A DNA stretch of 64,000 nucleotides, from NCBI GenBank assembly GCA_903933915.1, contig CAIZLW010000108.1, positions 2,747-66,746 of the forward strand, in the 5' to 3' direction. This document shows, in pieces, positions 42,215-52,609 of the stretch (the stretch's first letter is position 1; each line of letters opens with the position of its first letter). Source of the stretch: an uncultured beta proteobacterium. GTDB lineage: Bacteria > Pseudomonadota > Gammaproteobacteria > Burkholderiales > SG8-41. Made by a program: the position numbers and the translations under genes. The notes beneath the pieces were generated by a model. It saw only the letters and a program-made list of their open reading frames with translations. It was not told the origin of the DNA and made no database searches.

Positions 42215-43078
42215 ATGCTGAACATCCGTCCCAGCGGCGCAGCAGTGGGGGCTGAGATCCGCGGCATTGATCTCGCACAGCCGCTGGACGAGCAGACCTT
42301 TCGTGCCATCGAGGACGCGCTGCACGAACACGAAGTGGTTTTTTTCCGCGACCAGAAACTCACCCCGGAGCAGCACATCATCTTCAGCCAGCGGTTCGGC
42401 GAAATGGAACTGCATTTACGCAAGGACTGCTACAAGCCAGGTTATCCGGAAATCTTCGTGGTTTCCAACGTCATCGAAAACGGCAAACCCATCGGCACCC
42501 AGGATGCCGGCCTGTTCTGGCATTCCGACCTTGCCTATATGGCAGTGCCCAGCCGCGGCTCGCTGTTTTACGCACTGGAAGTGCCGCACGACGACAGCGG
42601 CAAACCCCTAGGCGACACCCTGTTCGCCAGCACCACCGCGGCGTGGAATACGCCCTCCGAAAGCATCAAGAGCATCGTTGCCGGACGCCGCGCGGTGACC
42701 TCGTACGCCAAGGGTTATTACCGCGACCGCAACAGCGGGCCGCGACCGCCGCTGACCGAGGCACAAAAGGCGCGCACGCCGGATGTCGAACACCCGATCA
42801 TGCGCACTCACCCATACACCAAAAAACCATGCCTGTTCATCAACGAGGACTACACCGCGCGCATCGCTGACCTGCCGCAGCAAGAATCCGACAGCGTGCT
42901 GAACCTGCTGTCCGAACATGTATCGCGCCCGGAATTCGTCTACAGCCACCAGTGGCGCGCCGGCGATTTCCTGATCTGGGACAACTGCTCCACCCAGCAT
43001 CGCTCGGTGTTCAACTACGCCCTGCCGCACCGCCGGCGCATGGAACGCACAACGCTGACCGGTTCAGCGCCGTTCTGA
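42215..43078 (+). CDS. TauD/TfdA-family Fe(II)/2-oxoglutarate dioxygenase
   Basis: Contains GAEI.G.DL......F..I..AL..H.V..FRDQ, the WHSD facial-triad motif and a distal H..R. Confidence 0.85.
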   Translation: MLNIRPSGAAVGAEIRGIDLAQPLDEQTFRAIEDALHEHEVVFFRDQKLTPEQHIIFSQRFGEMELHLRKDCYKPGYPEIFVVSNVIENGKPIGTQDAGLFWHSDLAYMAVPSRGSLFYALEVPHDDSGKPLGDTLFASTTAAWNTPSESIKSIVAGRRAVTSYAKGYYRDRNSGPRPPLTEAQKARTPDVEHPIMRTHPYTKKPCLFINEDYTARIADLPQQESDSVLNLLSEHVSRPEFVYSHQWRAGDFLIWDNCSTQHRSVFNYALPHRRRMERTTLTGSAPF

Positions 43079-43085
43079 ACGGGTC

Positions 43086-43970
43086 ATGACCAATCGCCTG
43101 CACCTGGCAGCGCTGCTCGCGCTGCTCTGCCTGGCCAATGCCCTTGGCGCCGAACCCTATACCGTCGGCAGTAGCCGGCGCAGCGTCAGCATCGACGGCG
43201 AAAGCATCGAGCTGTTCGCCTACAAGCCGGCACAGTACAAGGGCGGCCCGGTGCTGCTGGTGCTGCACGGCCTCGGCACCAATGCACCAGGTTACCGAAA
43301 TTACGCAATTCCGATCGCCGATCAGCTCGGCATGCTGGTCATCGCACCCTTGTTCGACCGCGAACGCTTTCCGACTTGGCGTTACCAGACCGGTGGCATC
43401 GTCCGCGACCAGCGTGTTGAAGGCGACTTCACGGTCGAGCCCGAAGCGCGCCGGATGGGCCGGACCTTCCTCGACATCATCGACAGCGTGCGCGCCGCCG
43501 AAGGCCGCCCCGACCTCGGCTACTCGCTGATCGGCCATTCCGCCGGCGGCCAGACCCTGTCGCGTTTTGCGGCGTTCGTGCCGCATGCCGCGAAACATAT
43601 CGTTATCGCCAATCCATCGACTTATTTATGGCCGTCCCCCGATGAACGTTTCCCGTACGGCTTCGGCGGCCTGCCGCCCCAGCTATTCGATGACACAATA
43701 CTGCGCCGCTATCTGGCGCAACCGGTAACCGTACTGCTGGGCACCGCCGACATCGAGCGCAGCGCCGACCTCAACGTGCAGGAAGGTGCCGAACGCCAGG
43801 GTTACTACCGGCTGGAGCGCGGCCGCAATGCATGGCGCGCGGCACAGCAGCTGGCGCAGCAGCGCGGCTGGGCCTTCAACTGGAAACTGGTCGAAGTGCC
43901 GGATGTCGGCCACAGCGCGCGGCTCATGTTCGGCAGCGCACAGGCGCTGCAGGCACTGACCGCGGACTGA
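43086..43970 (+). CDS. exported alpha/beta-hydrolase-fold protein
   Basis: A signal peptide, the LVLHG oxyanion region, the nucleophile elbow GHSAGG and a distal DVGH. Confidence 0.7.
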   Translation: MTNRLHLAALLALLCLANALGAEPYTVGSSRRSVSIDGESIELFAYKPAQYKGGPVLLVLHGLGTNAPGYRNYAIPIADQLGMLVIAPLFDRERFPTWRYQTGGIVRDQRVEGDFTVEPEARRMGRTFLDIIDSVRAAEGRPDLGYSLIGHSAGGQTLSRFAAFVPHAAKHIVIANPSTYLWPSPDERFPYGFGGLPPQLFDDTILRRYLAQPVTVLLGTADIERSADLNVQEGAERQGYYRLERGRNAWRAAQQLAQQRGWAFNWKLVEVPDVGHSARLMFGSAQALQALTAD

Positions 43971-43986
43971 CGCCGCCAGCGCCCGC

Positions 43987-44733
43987 TCAGGGCAGTTGCT
44001 TGTGCAACTCCACCGGCGGCGCCCGTTTCGCGCGCATCCGCAGATTGAGCATTTCGACACCCACCGCAAACGCCATCGCGAAGTAGATGTAGCCTTTGGG
44101 AATGTGCATCTCCCAACCCTCGCCGATCAGCGCAACACCGACCAGGATCAGGAACGACAGCGCCAGCATCTTGATCGTCGGATGACGGTCGACAAAAGTG
44201 CCAATCGGCCCGGCGGCGAACAGCATCACGCCCACCGCAATGACAATGGCAACCACCATGATCGACAGTTCATCGACCATGCCCACTGCCGTAATCACCG
44301 AATCCAGTGAAAACACGATGTCGATCACCGCGATCTGCGCAATCACCGCGCCGAACGTCGCTGTCACCGCTGCGGTGGCAGTACCGTGACCGTCCACCGG
44401 GCCCTCCAGTGAATTGTGGATCTCATGCACACTTTTCCACAGCAAGAACAGCCCGCCGCCGATCAGGATCAGGTCGCGGCCGGACAATTCGTGCGCAAAC
44501 AGCGCAAACAACGGCGCGGTCAGCGTCATCAGCCATGTCAGCGTGAACAGCAGACCGATGCGCGTCAGCATCGCAAACATCAGGCCGATGTTGCGCGCCT
44601 TCGCTCGCTGATGCTCCGGCAGGCGGCCGCAGAGGATGGAAATAAAAATGATGTTGTCGACGCCGAGCACGATCTCCAGTGCCGTCAGTGTCGCCAGCGC
44701 CACCCATGCATTAGGATCTGACAGCCATTCCAT
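43987..44733 (-). CDS. TerC-family integral membrane protein
   Basis: A polytopic protein with E..LG.DN.IFI and the repeat D.VFSLDSV. Confidence 0.85.
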   Translation of the reverse strand: MEWLSDPNAWVALATLTALEIVLGVDNIIFISILCGRLPEHQRAKARNIGLMFAMLTRIGLLFTLTWLMTLTAPLFALFAHELSGRDLILIGGGLFLLWKSVHEIHNSLEGPVDGHGTATAAVTATFGAVIAQIAVIDIVFSLDSVITAVGMVDELSIMVVAIVIAVGVMLFAAGPIGTFVDRHPTIKMLALSFLILVGVALIGEGWEMHIPKGYIYFAMAFAVGVEMLNLRMRAKRAPPVELHKQLP

Positions 44734-44965
44734 ATCCCCCCCCTTTTTTTCAATAAAAACATAAAGTTAAATTTATCATTAGACGCCGGACGGCACCGTG
44801 CGTTCAAGCCGCGCCATTATAGGTGAGACGCGCCTGGCCGATCATTACACCTCACAACAGAATCATGCACTAATTGCGATCACGCCCAGATTGCGAAACC
44901 GCAGCCGACCCGCGTACAGGAAGCTGCTAAAGTCGTCGCTCGCCATTCACGCTGGAATCACCGCC

Positions 44966-46384
44966 ATGTCGACACAGCCCGCGCCCGCCGCAGCCGCCGC
45001 AACCACACTATCCATTTCGCAGCAGATTGCCGAATTCGCCGCCAACCTGACGGCGGACGCCATCCCGGCCGATGTGCGCGAATGCGCCAAGCTGCATGTG
45101 CTCGATGTCGCCGGCACTGCACTGGCCGCAACCCGTTTCGATTTTGCCCAGCATGCGCTGGCGGGCATCATGAATCTCGCCGAAGGCGGCAACAACAGCG
45201 TCATCGGCATGAACGTCAAACTGCCGATGCGCGATGCGGTGCTGATGAACGGCATCCTCGCCCACGGCCTCGATTACGATGACACCCACCCCGGCGCCAT
45301 TGTGCATCCGACCGCCAGTGCGTTTCCCTGCTCACTGGGCGTCGCCGAAAAACGCGACGCCTCCGGCGCCGATCTGCTGATGGCGTACATCCTCGGCGTT
45401 GAAATCGCAACGCGCCTGGGCGTCGCCGCCGCGGGCACCATGCATACCCAGGGCTTCCATACCACCGGCATTGCCGGCCATTTCGGCTGCGCCGTCGCCG
45501 CCGGCAAACTATTCAACTTGAGCCCGCAGCGCCTGCAGTATGCGCAGGGATTCGCCGGCAGCACCGCCTCGGCAATTTCCGAACACCGCGCCGACGGCGC
45601 CTGGAACAAACGCCTGCACCCGGCCTGGGCCGGCGTCGGCGGCATTACCGCTGCGGGTTTGGCCAGCGGCGGCTTTGTCGGCACCCGCAAAATCTACGAA
45701 GGCGAAGACGGCATTTTCCGTTCGCACACCGGCACGCGCTTCAACGAAGTCGACATGGGCGCGATGACGCGCCGGCTCGGCGAGGAATGGCTGCTCAAGG
45801 AAGTCGCGATCAAACCGTTCCCGATCTGCCATTTACTCCATGCCTGTGCCGATTCCGCGCTAGCGATCCGCCGCAAGCACAATCTCAAACCCGAAGACAT
45901 CGTCAAGGTGCGCGCGCTGCTGCATCCGGAGACCTTTCACTACATCGCCGAGCCGCCGGAAATGCGCCGCCGCCCGGTGTCGGACTACATGGCAAAATTC
46001 AGCGTGCAGTTCGTGCTCGCCGCCTGCTTCGTCCGCGGCAAGTTCGGTTTCGCCGAACTCGAAACCGAAGCCCTCAATGACGCGGAAATCCTTGCACTGG
46101 CGCAAAAAGTGCACCATGAGGCCGATCCGGACTCAGCGTTCCCCAAATATTTCTCCGGCGGCGTTGTAGTCACCACCAAAGACGGCCGCGAACTGGTGCA
46201 CATGGAAAAAATCAACCGCGGCGCCGGTGAACGCGCGCTGTCAGCCGAAGACATCACCGAAAAGTTCTACGACAACGCATCGCTGGTGATTTCAAAACCG
46301 CAGGCCACGCGCATCCGCGACGCCGTGCTCGGCATGGACCGCCACAGCGCGCGCGACCTCGCCCGAGTGCTGGCACTGAACTGA
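44966..46384 (+). CDS. MmgE/PrpD-family protein (2-methylcitrate dehydratase-like)
   Basis: The ATG at 44966 begins MSTQPAP. It has the typical PrpD N-terminus (..A.F...L....IP..V......H.LD..G.ALA), HG.DYDD.H and HPTA. Confidence 0.85.
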   Translation: MSTQPAPAAAAATTLSISQQIAEFAANLTADAIPADVRECAKLHVLDVAGTALAATRFDFAQHALAGIMNLAEGGNNSVIGMNVKLPMRDAVLMNGILAHGLDYDDTHPGAIVHPTASAFPCSLGVAEKRDASGADLLMAYILGVEIATRLGVAAAGTMHTQGFHTTGIAGHFGCAVAAGKLFNLSPQRLQYAQGFAGSTASAISEHRADGAWNKRLHPAWAGVGGITAAGLASGGFVGTRKIYEGEDGIFRSHTGTRFNEVDMGAMTRRLGEEWLLKEVAIKPFPICHLLHACADSALAIRRKHNLKPEDIVKVRALLHPETFHYIAEPPEMRRRPVSDYMAKFSVQFVLAACFVRGKFGFAELETEALNDAEILALAQKVHHEADPDSAFPKYFSGGVVVTTKDGRELVHMEKINRGAGERALSAEDITEKFYDNASLVISKPQATRIRDAVLGMDRHSARDLARVLALN

Positions 46385-46389
46385 ACACC

Positions 46390-47247
46390 ATGACCAACCA
46401 GACCATCGACATCGCCCATCTGCGCACCTGGATTGGCAAACAGGAAAGTCACAACGATATCGCCACGGCATTCCCGGTCGCGGCGCTGGCCGCAACGCTG
46501 GACCGCAAGGACCCGCCGCCGCAAACCGGCGACGCCATTCCGCTGAGCGGTCACTGGCTGTATTTTCTCGAGACCGCACCCAACAGCGAACTCGGTCACG
46601 ACGGTCATCCCAAACGCGGCGGCTTCCTGCCGCCGGTTTCACTGCCACGGCGCATGTGGGCCGGCGGACGCATCGATTTCCGCGCACCGGTACGCGTCGG
46701 GGATGCGATACGCCGCGACTCTGAAATCCTCTCGGTCGAGGCCAAATCCGGCAACAGCGGCAATCTGGTGTTTGTCACCGTGCGCCATACCGTGAGCGCA
46801 AACGGCACAATCGCCATCGTCGAAGAACACGACATCGTCTACCGCGATGCCGCAAAAAAAAGTGAAACCCCGCCCGTCGGCAAACCGGCGCCATCGACCG
46901 CCATGTGGCGGCGTGAAGTCGAAACCAACCAGGGCGTATTGTTCCGTTATTCAGCGCTGATTTTCAACGCCCACCGCATTCACTACGACATCGACTACTG
47001 CCGCGATGTCGAGGGCTATCCGGGCCTGATCGTGCATGGACCGCTGCAGACGACGCTGCTGCTGGACCTGTGCCGGCGCCATGACCCGCGGCCAGTACGC
47101 ACGCTCGATTACCGCGCCACGCACCCGGTGTTTCATCAGGAAAAATTCAGCGTGAATGGCCAGCCTTCAAGCGATGGTAAATCCGTGGAACTTTGGACTG
47201 CGAACGCCGCGGGGAATTATGCGATGCGAGGTACTGCGACGTTTTGA
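46390..47247 (+). CDS. hotdog-fold acyl-CoA hydratase/dehydratase (MaoC / FAS1-like double hotdog)
   Basis: Contains MWAGGRI.F..P..VGD, NAHRIHYD..Y......YPGL.VHGPL. It lies immediately downstream of the PrpD-like gene. Confidence 0.7.
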   Translation: MTNQTIDIAHLRTWIGKQESHNDIATAFPVAALAATLDRKDPPPQTGDAIPLSGHWLYFLETAPNSELGHDGHPKRGGFLPPVSLPRRMWAGGRIDFRAPVRVGDAIRRDSEILSVEAKSGNSGNLVFVTVRHTVSANGTIAIVEEHDIVYRDAAKKSETPPVGKPAPSTAMWRREVETNQGVLFRYSALIFNAHRIHYDIDYCRDVEGYPGLIVHGPLQTTLLLDLCRRHDPRPVRTLDYRATHPVFHQEKFSVNGQPSSDGKSVELWTANAAGNYAMRGTATF

Positions 47248-47435
47248 ACTACACCATCGCCTCAACCCGCGAACGCCGAGATCCGTAACGACATCATCAA
47301 AACGCAACTACCAGACTAGATGTCGATCGCGGTTTTAAGCGCTACATAAATGAAGCCGCTGGCAAGCGCAGAACTGATCAGTTGGGTAAACACGCTGGTC
47401 GGAATCTAAAAACATACGGGTTATTTGGCAGAGAT

Positions 47436-48032
47436 TCACGATGATCGTAATAGCCATATTCTGGCAAGTTTGCGAACGTGTTTTGCCCACTCCTTCTGAA
47501 ACTTCGGATCAGATCCAGGCTTCCCAGTTACCAGGCGAGTCACTTGATTAAAGACCAAAGGATAAGTCGCGACAGCGATTATGGTCAGGTGAATCATGCG
47601 GTGATCCATATCGGCAGACAGCAAGCCATCCTCCTGCAACATTTTTATCTTTGAACCATAAGCGGCAATACGCTCCAGGCGCTCCTGCTCCCCCGGTACA
47701 GGACCGTTGCGCACGCTGGCCGCCTCCCAAGCGAGCACTCTCATGTAGTTGGGGTTCAAGGCGCGCCTCTCGAAGCGATCAGCGATTAGCTCCTCCAGGT
47801 CGGTCGGTATCTCTACTTCCCACGGAGTATTCGGACGGTAAAGTTTTTCGTTGACTGCCTTCAAAAGGCCTGCCTTGGAGGGAAAGTAATGATGCACGAG
47901 CTGCCGGCTCAGCCGTGCCCGCTTTGCAATCTGGGCCATCGTTACGCCATTGAAGCCCTTTTCCACAAATTCTCGTGCAGCAGCACGCAATATGCGCTCG
48001 ATGCTCGCATCAACCATATTCTTTCTGATCAT
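47436..48032 (-). CDS. TetR/AcrR-family transcriptional regulator
   Basis: The N-terminal HTH is RILRAAAREFVEKGFNGVTMAQIAKRARLSRQLVHHYFPSK. It is divergent from a catabolic cluster. Confidence 0.9.
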   Translation of the reverse strand: MIRKNMVDASIERILRAAAREFVEKGFNGVTMAQIAKRARLSRQLVHHYFPSKAGLLKAVNEKLYRPNTPWEVEIPTDLEELIADRFERRALNPNYMRVLAWEAASVRNGPVPGEQERLERIAAYGSKIKMLQEDGLLSADMDHRMIHLTIIAVATYPLVFNQVTRLVTGKPGSDPKFQKEWAKHVRKLARIWLLRSS

Positions 48033-48266
48033 ATTTTTATCACTAATGTTAAAGACGCGTGCACTATACCCGGCAAGATTGTACGTGCAACTGCCGTTTG
48101 GCTATTCCCCGGAATCCCAGCAATAACAACGCCCTCCCGCAACCTGATGGCAAGGTGCTGAATTTTCATTTGACAAATGTAAAATGAATAATTATTATTT
48201 GCGCACTGTATCTCATCAGCCGCCGGATTGACTTCATGGCTGAAACTACTCGCAGAGGTGAAAAAT

Positions 48267-49679
48267 ATGGACCAATACGAGAAACCAATCGCCAAACCCA
48301 CCGCGACACTCGCAGAGTTCGTCGTGAACCTCGAATACGCAACTCTCCCCGCTCCTGTCGGAGACCGGGCCAGAATTGCGTTATTGGACACTCTCAGTTG
48401 CGGCATCGCGGGCCACCAAAGCGCGGCCGCTCAGTCGAGCAGGAAAACGCTGCGGCGATTTGGCCCGGTGCAACACGGCAGCGTAGTCTGGGGGACTTCA
48501 GAAATATTGCCCTCCCCCTGGGCCGCGTTGGCAAATGCGATCGCGGCCCGCTCGCCGAAAATGGACGACACTCACCTGGGCGGAAAGCTGCACCCAGGCT
48601 CATTTGTCATTCCTGCCATCCTTGCCGTTGCCGAAGAACGGGAGCGTGATGGGCGGGCTGTAAGCGGTCAATTGCTGATAGAGGCAATTACAGCAGGCTA
48701 TGAGATTGCAGTCAGGGTAAGCAGAGCGGCAGGTGCTGCCGAGCAAAGGCTCAGGGGCTGGCATCCGACTGGTACCTGCGGCCCCATTGGGGCGGCCGCT
48801 GCCGTCGCCAAGATTCTAGGGCTAGACGCGAAGACAACATTGTCTGCCTTGGGGCTAGGTGGCGATCAGGCTGCGGGCCTCTCCCTTCATCATACCGATG
48901 GGTCGATGGTGGGATTTTTCCACTCAGGCCATGCGGCGGCAGGAGGCATATTGGGCGCCTACCTCGCTGCCGATGGCTTTCGTGGCCCAGGAGAAGTGCT
49001 GGCTTCTGCGGATGCAGGCCTATGCCGCGCACTGACTGGCAGCTGTGATATAGACCAATTGACATCCGGTCTGGGGGAGCGATTTTCGCTTCTCGAAACC
49101 GGCATGAAACCCTACGCAAGCTGCCGCAGCACGCACGGCGCCGTGGAGTCGTCCATTCTCCTGCGCACGCAACGTGGGTTTACACCAGAATCGGTTCGCC
49201 GCGTCTCGGTCTTTACCAATCGCATTGCAAATATGCAGTGCCGCCACGTAGTACAGCCAGGCAACAAGGTTCCGGGCGGCTCAACCAGCATGGCATACAG
49301 CGTTGCTGCCGCCATTTGTGATCTGACTGTTGGCCCAAAGCAGTTTCATCCAGATCGCATGGCACAGGCGGATGTTCAGCAATTGGCGCAAAAAGTGGGC
49401 ATGGTTGTAGATCCTGACTTTGACGCCGTGTACCCGCAGCAGTGGCCCTGCAAAATCGAGATTGAGCTTGAAAACGGAGAAACGCTTTCCCGGTCTGTAG
49501 ACAATCCTCCTTGGGAGCCTGAGGACACCGCGGTTAATTGGCATGCCGTACAGGAACGCGCGAGGCACATGACAGAGGGCTTCATGGACTCCTACCGTCT
49601 CACCAGACTGATCTCGCTTGTCGAGGATCTGCCGAACCTGAAGACGATCACACCGCTGACACAAACCCTTGGCGGATAA
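48267..49679 (+). CDS. MmgE/PrpD-family protein (second copy)
   Basis: The ATG at 48267 is preceded by GAGGTG. It has PrpD motifs (LDTLSCGIAG, DDTH, HPGS). Confidence 0.85.
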   Translation: MDQYEKPIAKPTATLAEFVVNLEYATLPAPVGDRARIALLDTLSCGIAGHQSAAAQSSRKTLRRFGPVQHGSVVWGTSEILPSPWAALANAIAARSPKMDDTHLGGKLHPGSFVIPAILAVAEERERDGRAVSGQLLIEAITAGYEIAVRVSRAAGAAEQRLRGWHPTGTCGPIGAAAAVAKILGLDAKTTLSALGLGGDQAAGLSLHHTDGSMVGFFHSGHAAAGGILGAYLAADGFRGPGEVLASADAGLCRALTGSCDIDQLTSGLGERFSLLETGMKPYASCRSTHGAVESSILLRTQRGFTPESVRRVSVFTNRIANMQCRHVVQPGNKVPGGSTSMAYSVAAAICDLTVGPKQFHPDRMAQADVQQLAQKVGMVVDPDFDAVYPQQWPCKIEIELENGETLSRSVDNPPWEPEDTAVNWHAVQERARHMTEGFMDSYRLTRLISLVEDLPNLKTITPLTQTLGG

Positions 49680-49745
49680 CCCGCCAATGGCTCGATTCGA
49701 CACAAAATCAGACGATAAATGTTAACGGGGGCAGGGAGATATTGG

Positions 49746-50708
49746 ATGCGTCGTGTTATCGCTAAATGTTTAGTCGTCTTGGTCGGCACAACACTTTTCC
49801 AGGTTGTATTCGCCAATGCACAGGCTTACCCCAGCAAACCCATACGCATTATTACCAATGCTGCGGGAGGCGGAAATGATTTCATTGCCCGCCTGGTGGG
49901 ACCGCCCCTTTCAAAATTGCTTGGACAATCGATCGTTATCGAAAATCGCCCTGCGGCCGCTTTTCCTGCGCAGGTCGTAGCAAAATCGCCACCCGATGGC
50001 TACACGCTGCTCATCAGCGGCGGCACCTTCTGGATCGGCACTCTGCTGCAAGACGATCTTCCCTACAATATTTCCACTGACTTCTTACCAATAACGCTTC
50101 TCGGCACTTCACCAAACATACTTGTCGTTCACCCCTCGCTTCCCGTAAAAAACGTCAAAGATCTGATCGCTCTGGCCAAAGCAAAGCCTGGTCAACTGAA
50201 CTACGCATCGCCAAGCATAGGTGCGGCCCAACATCTGGCTGCCGAACTTCTGAAGTCAATGGCCAAAGTTGATATTGTCCGCATCAGTTACCGTGGAACA
50301 GCTCCCGCCCTTATGGCGGTGGTCTCCGGCGAGACGCACATCACTTTTGCCACCGCATCCGCAGCGCCGATCATTAAGTCTTCAAAACTTCGAGCACTGG
50401 CAGTTACCGATACGAAGCGGTCGTCTTTTTTCCCTGAATTGCCGACTATGGCTGAGTCAGGATTCCCGGGTTACGAAGCGAACGCGATGCAAGGCATATT
50501 TGCACCCGCAAAGACTCCGGCAGCGATTGTTAACCGTCTCCATGATGACCTCGCATCGGTATTGCGAAGCAGCGATGTGAAAGAACGGCTTGCAACATTT
50601 GGCATAGAGGCTGGCGGAAGCTCTCCAGCCGCTTTTTCGTTGATGGTGAGTTCAGAAATGTCGCGAATGGGCAAGGTAATCAAGGAAGCAAAAATTCGCG
50701 CAGAGTGA
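49746..50708 (+). CDS. Bug-family (TctC-like) substrate-binding protein
   Basis: A signal peptide followed by YPSKPIRIITNAAGGGNDF. The ATG is preceded by GGGAGA. Confidence 0.88.
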   Translation: MRRVIAKCLVVLVGTTLFQVVFANAQAYPSKPIRIITNAAGGGNDFIARLVGPPLSKLLGQSIVIENRPAAAFPAQVVAKSPPDGYTLLISGGTFWIGTLLQDDLPYNISTDFLPITLLGTSPNILVVHPSLPVKNVKDLIALAKAKPGQLNYASPSIGAAQHLAAELLKSMAKVDIVRISYRGTAPALMAVVSGETHITFATASAAPIIKSSKLRALAVTDTKRSSFFPELPTMAESGFPGYEANAMQGIFAPAKTPAAIVNRLHDDLASVLRSSDVKERLATFGIEAGGSSPAAFSLMVSSEMSRMGKVIKEAKIRAE

Positions 50709-50778
50709 ATCTCCTCTACTGCTTTTATCGCGAAGTCTGATTTTTTGATTTTGTAATTCTTTTAAAAATGGAGCATTT

Positions 50779-51567
50779 ATGAGCAGGCTTTTCGAGCGTC
50801 TCAATGCAGGTCAAACAGCAGTTGGTGTTTGGATTAAAGGTGGGCCGGTTTGGGTCAACACATTAGCGCGCGCCGGATTCGACTTTGTCCGCCCGGATAT
50901 GATGTTTTCGGCCATGGACTGGCGCGAACTTGATCACATCCACCGCACTGCGCAAAGTGTGGGGCTCACGACCTGGGTTCGCGTACCCAGCAACCCCTGG
51001 CTTGGCGGCACTGACTCATTGCAAGTGACTGTAGAGGTTCAACGCGCCTTCAGCCTGGGCATTCCGATAGTTGGTGCTTCTATCGCGTCTGCGAAGCAGG
51101 CTGCAGCCTGTGTAGCCGTTTCAAAAGACTGGCATCGTTCGGGAACAGGGGAATATCCAAACTCGGAAGATTCCTTCAAAGCCATGAACAAAAAACTAGA
51201 AAACGTGGCTACTTTCGTACCGCACATAGAAGCTGGAACTGCAATTAACGAAATCGATGAAATTCTCGAAATCGACGGATTGCGCATAATCATGCTTGCC
51301 ATGACAGACCTGAGTGCGGCAATTGGATACTCCTTTCAATATGATCATCCAGAAGTGTGGAAGCTGGTTGACAGTATCGTTGCGAAGGCAAAATCACGCG
51401 ACATCATCGTGGCGGCAAATATGGGGTATGCGTTTACGACTCACCAGACCATGCTCGAACGTGTTCACAAGATGCAGCAACACGGCATCCGGATTTGCCT
51501 GATGCAAGGGGCCGACAATATGCTGGAAAATTTTGCAAAGCCGCTTCTTCAGGATATTCGCATCTAA
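50779..51567 (+). CDS. HpcH/HpaI-family aldolase/citrate-lyase-like protein (second copy)
   Basis: Contains GFDFVRPDMMFSAMDW, WVRVPS and a TIM-barrel aldolase pattern. It is more divergent than the copy at 16355. Confidence 0.65.
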   Translation: MSRLFERLNAGQTAVGVWIKGGPVWVNTLARAGFDFVRPDMMFSAMDWRELDHIHRTAQSVGLTTWVRVPSNPWLGGTDSLQVTVEVQRAFSLGIPIVGASIASAKQAAACVAVSKDWHRSGTGEYPNSEDSFKAMNKKLENVATFVPHIEAGTAINEIDEILEIDGLRIIMLAMTDLSAAIGYSFQYDHPEVWKLVDSIVAKAKSRDIIVAANMGYAFTTHQTMLERVHKMQQHGIRICLMQGADNMLENFAKPLLQDIRI

Positions 51568-51613
51568 GCTGAAGGAAAAATTTAAACCGCCACAAAAACC
51601 GAGATTCCGACTT

Positions 51614-52609
51614 ATGGCTATTGCTATATACGGTATTACTGCTGACTGTCGCGCACTAGCGAGATTTGTTGGCACCGCTCTTTTCCTAGCTTCCTTGTCG
51701 GCGCTCGCACAGACTTGGCCCAACCGGCCCATCCGCATGATCATTCCGGCGGCCCCCGGGGGCGGGGTCGACACTATCGGACGGATTGTGGGCCTTTCAT
51801 TATCAACAGCGCTTGGGCAACCGGTGGTTGTCGATAATCGCCCCGGCGCCGGCACGATGCTGGGTTCCGAGCTTGTGGCGAAGGCCCCACCTGATGGCTA
51901 CACGCTCTTGATGATGACCAACAGCCATGCCATCAATGCCGGAATCCAGAAGAGCCTCCGTTACGATCCCGTTAAGGATTTCACGACCATCTGTTCGATT
52001 GCGACACTGCCCTATCTTTTGATTGTCCACCCAAGCGTCCCCGCTCGCTCGGCTAAGGAACTCATCGCACTGGCAAAACGCCGCCCCGGAGACCTTGCCT
52101 TTTCGTCTGCGGGGCCAGGATCCGGCACGCATTTAGCCTTTGAGCTGTTCGTGTACATGGCCGGCATAAAAGCATTGCATGTTCCCTATCGCAGCGGATC
52201 AGCTGCGCTCACGGACCTCGCCGGGGGGCGCGTTCAAATGATGTTCAGTAATCTGATCAATTCCATGCCCTACGTCAGTAACAAGCGACTTGTCGCGCTT
52301 GCCATCACGACACCGAAACCCTCCCAGTTGTACCCTGAATTACCTACGGTGTCACAATCAGGATTGCCCGGATATGAATCGGATGCTTGGTATGGGCTGG
52401 TAGGGCCGGCGAACATGCCGGCAGATGCAGTGTCTCGCCTGAATCGGGAAGTGCTTGCAATAATTCGTACCGGCAAGGCAAGAGAGTTGCTCGCCACCCA
52501 GGGTGCGGACGTTACTGGAAGTACTCCAGAGCAATTCAACACCATACTCCGCCGCGACGTGGAGAAATGGACAAAAGTAGCCGCAAAGCTGAATATCCAG
52601 ATGGAATAG
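51614..52609 (+). CDS. Bug-family (TctC-like) substrate-binding protein
   Basis: A signal peptide followed by WPNRPIRMIIPAAPGGGVDT. Confidence 0.88.
   Translation: MAIAIYGITADCRALARFVGTALFLASLSALAQTWPNRPIRMIIPAAPGGGVDTIGRIVGLSLSTALGQPVVVDNRPGAGTMLGSELVAKAPPDGYTLLMMTNSHAINAGIQKSLRYDPVKDFTTICSIATLPYLLIVHPSVPARSAKELIALAKRRPGDLAFSSAGPGSGTHLAFELFVYMAGIKALHVPYRSGSAALTDLAGGRVQMMFSNLINSMPYVSNKRLVALAITTPKPSQLYPELPTVSQSGLPGYESDAWYGLVGPANMPADAVSRLNREVLAIIRTGKARELLATQGADVTGSTPEQFNTILRRDVEKWTKVAAKLNIQME

Noticed and set aside
44734-44965. A possible yybP-ykoY (manganese) riboswitch in the 5-prime leader of the TerC-family gene.
   Set aside because: I could not find the conserved GGGGAGUAG / GAGACA-type loop sequences or the four-helix layout on the minus strand. 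Only generic hairpins are present. A covariance-model scan (Rfam RF00080) would settle it.
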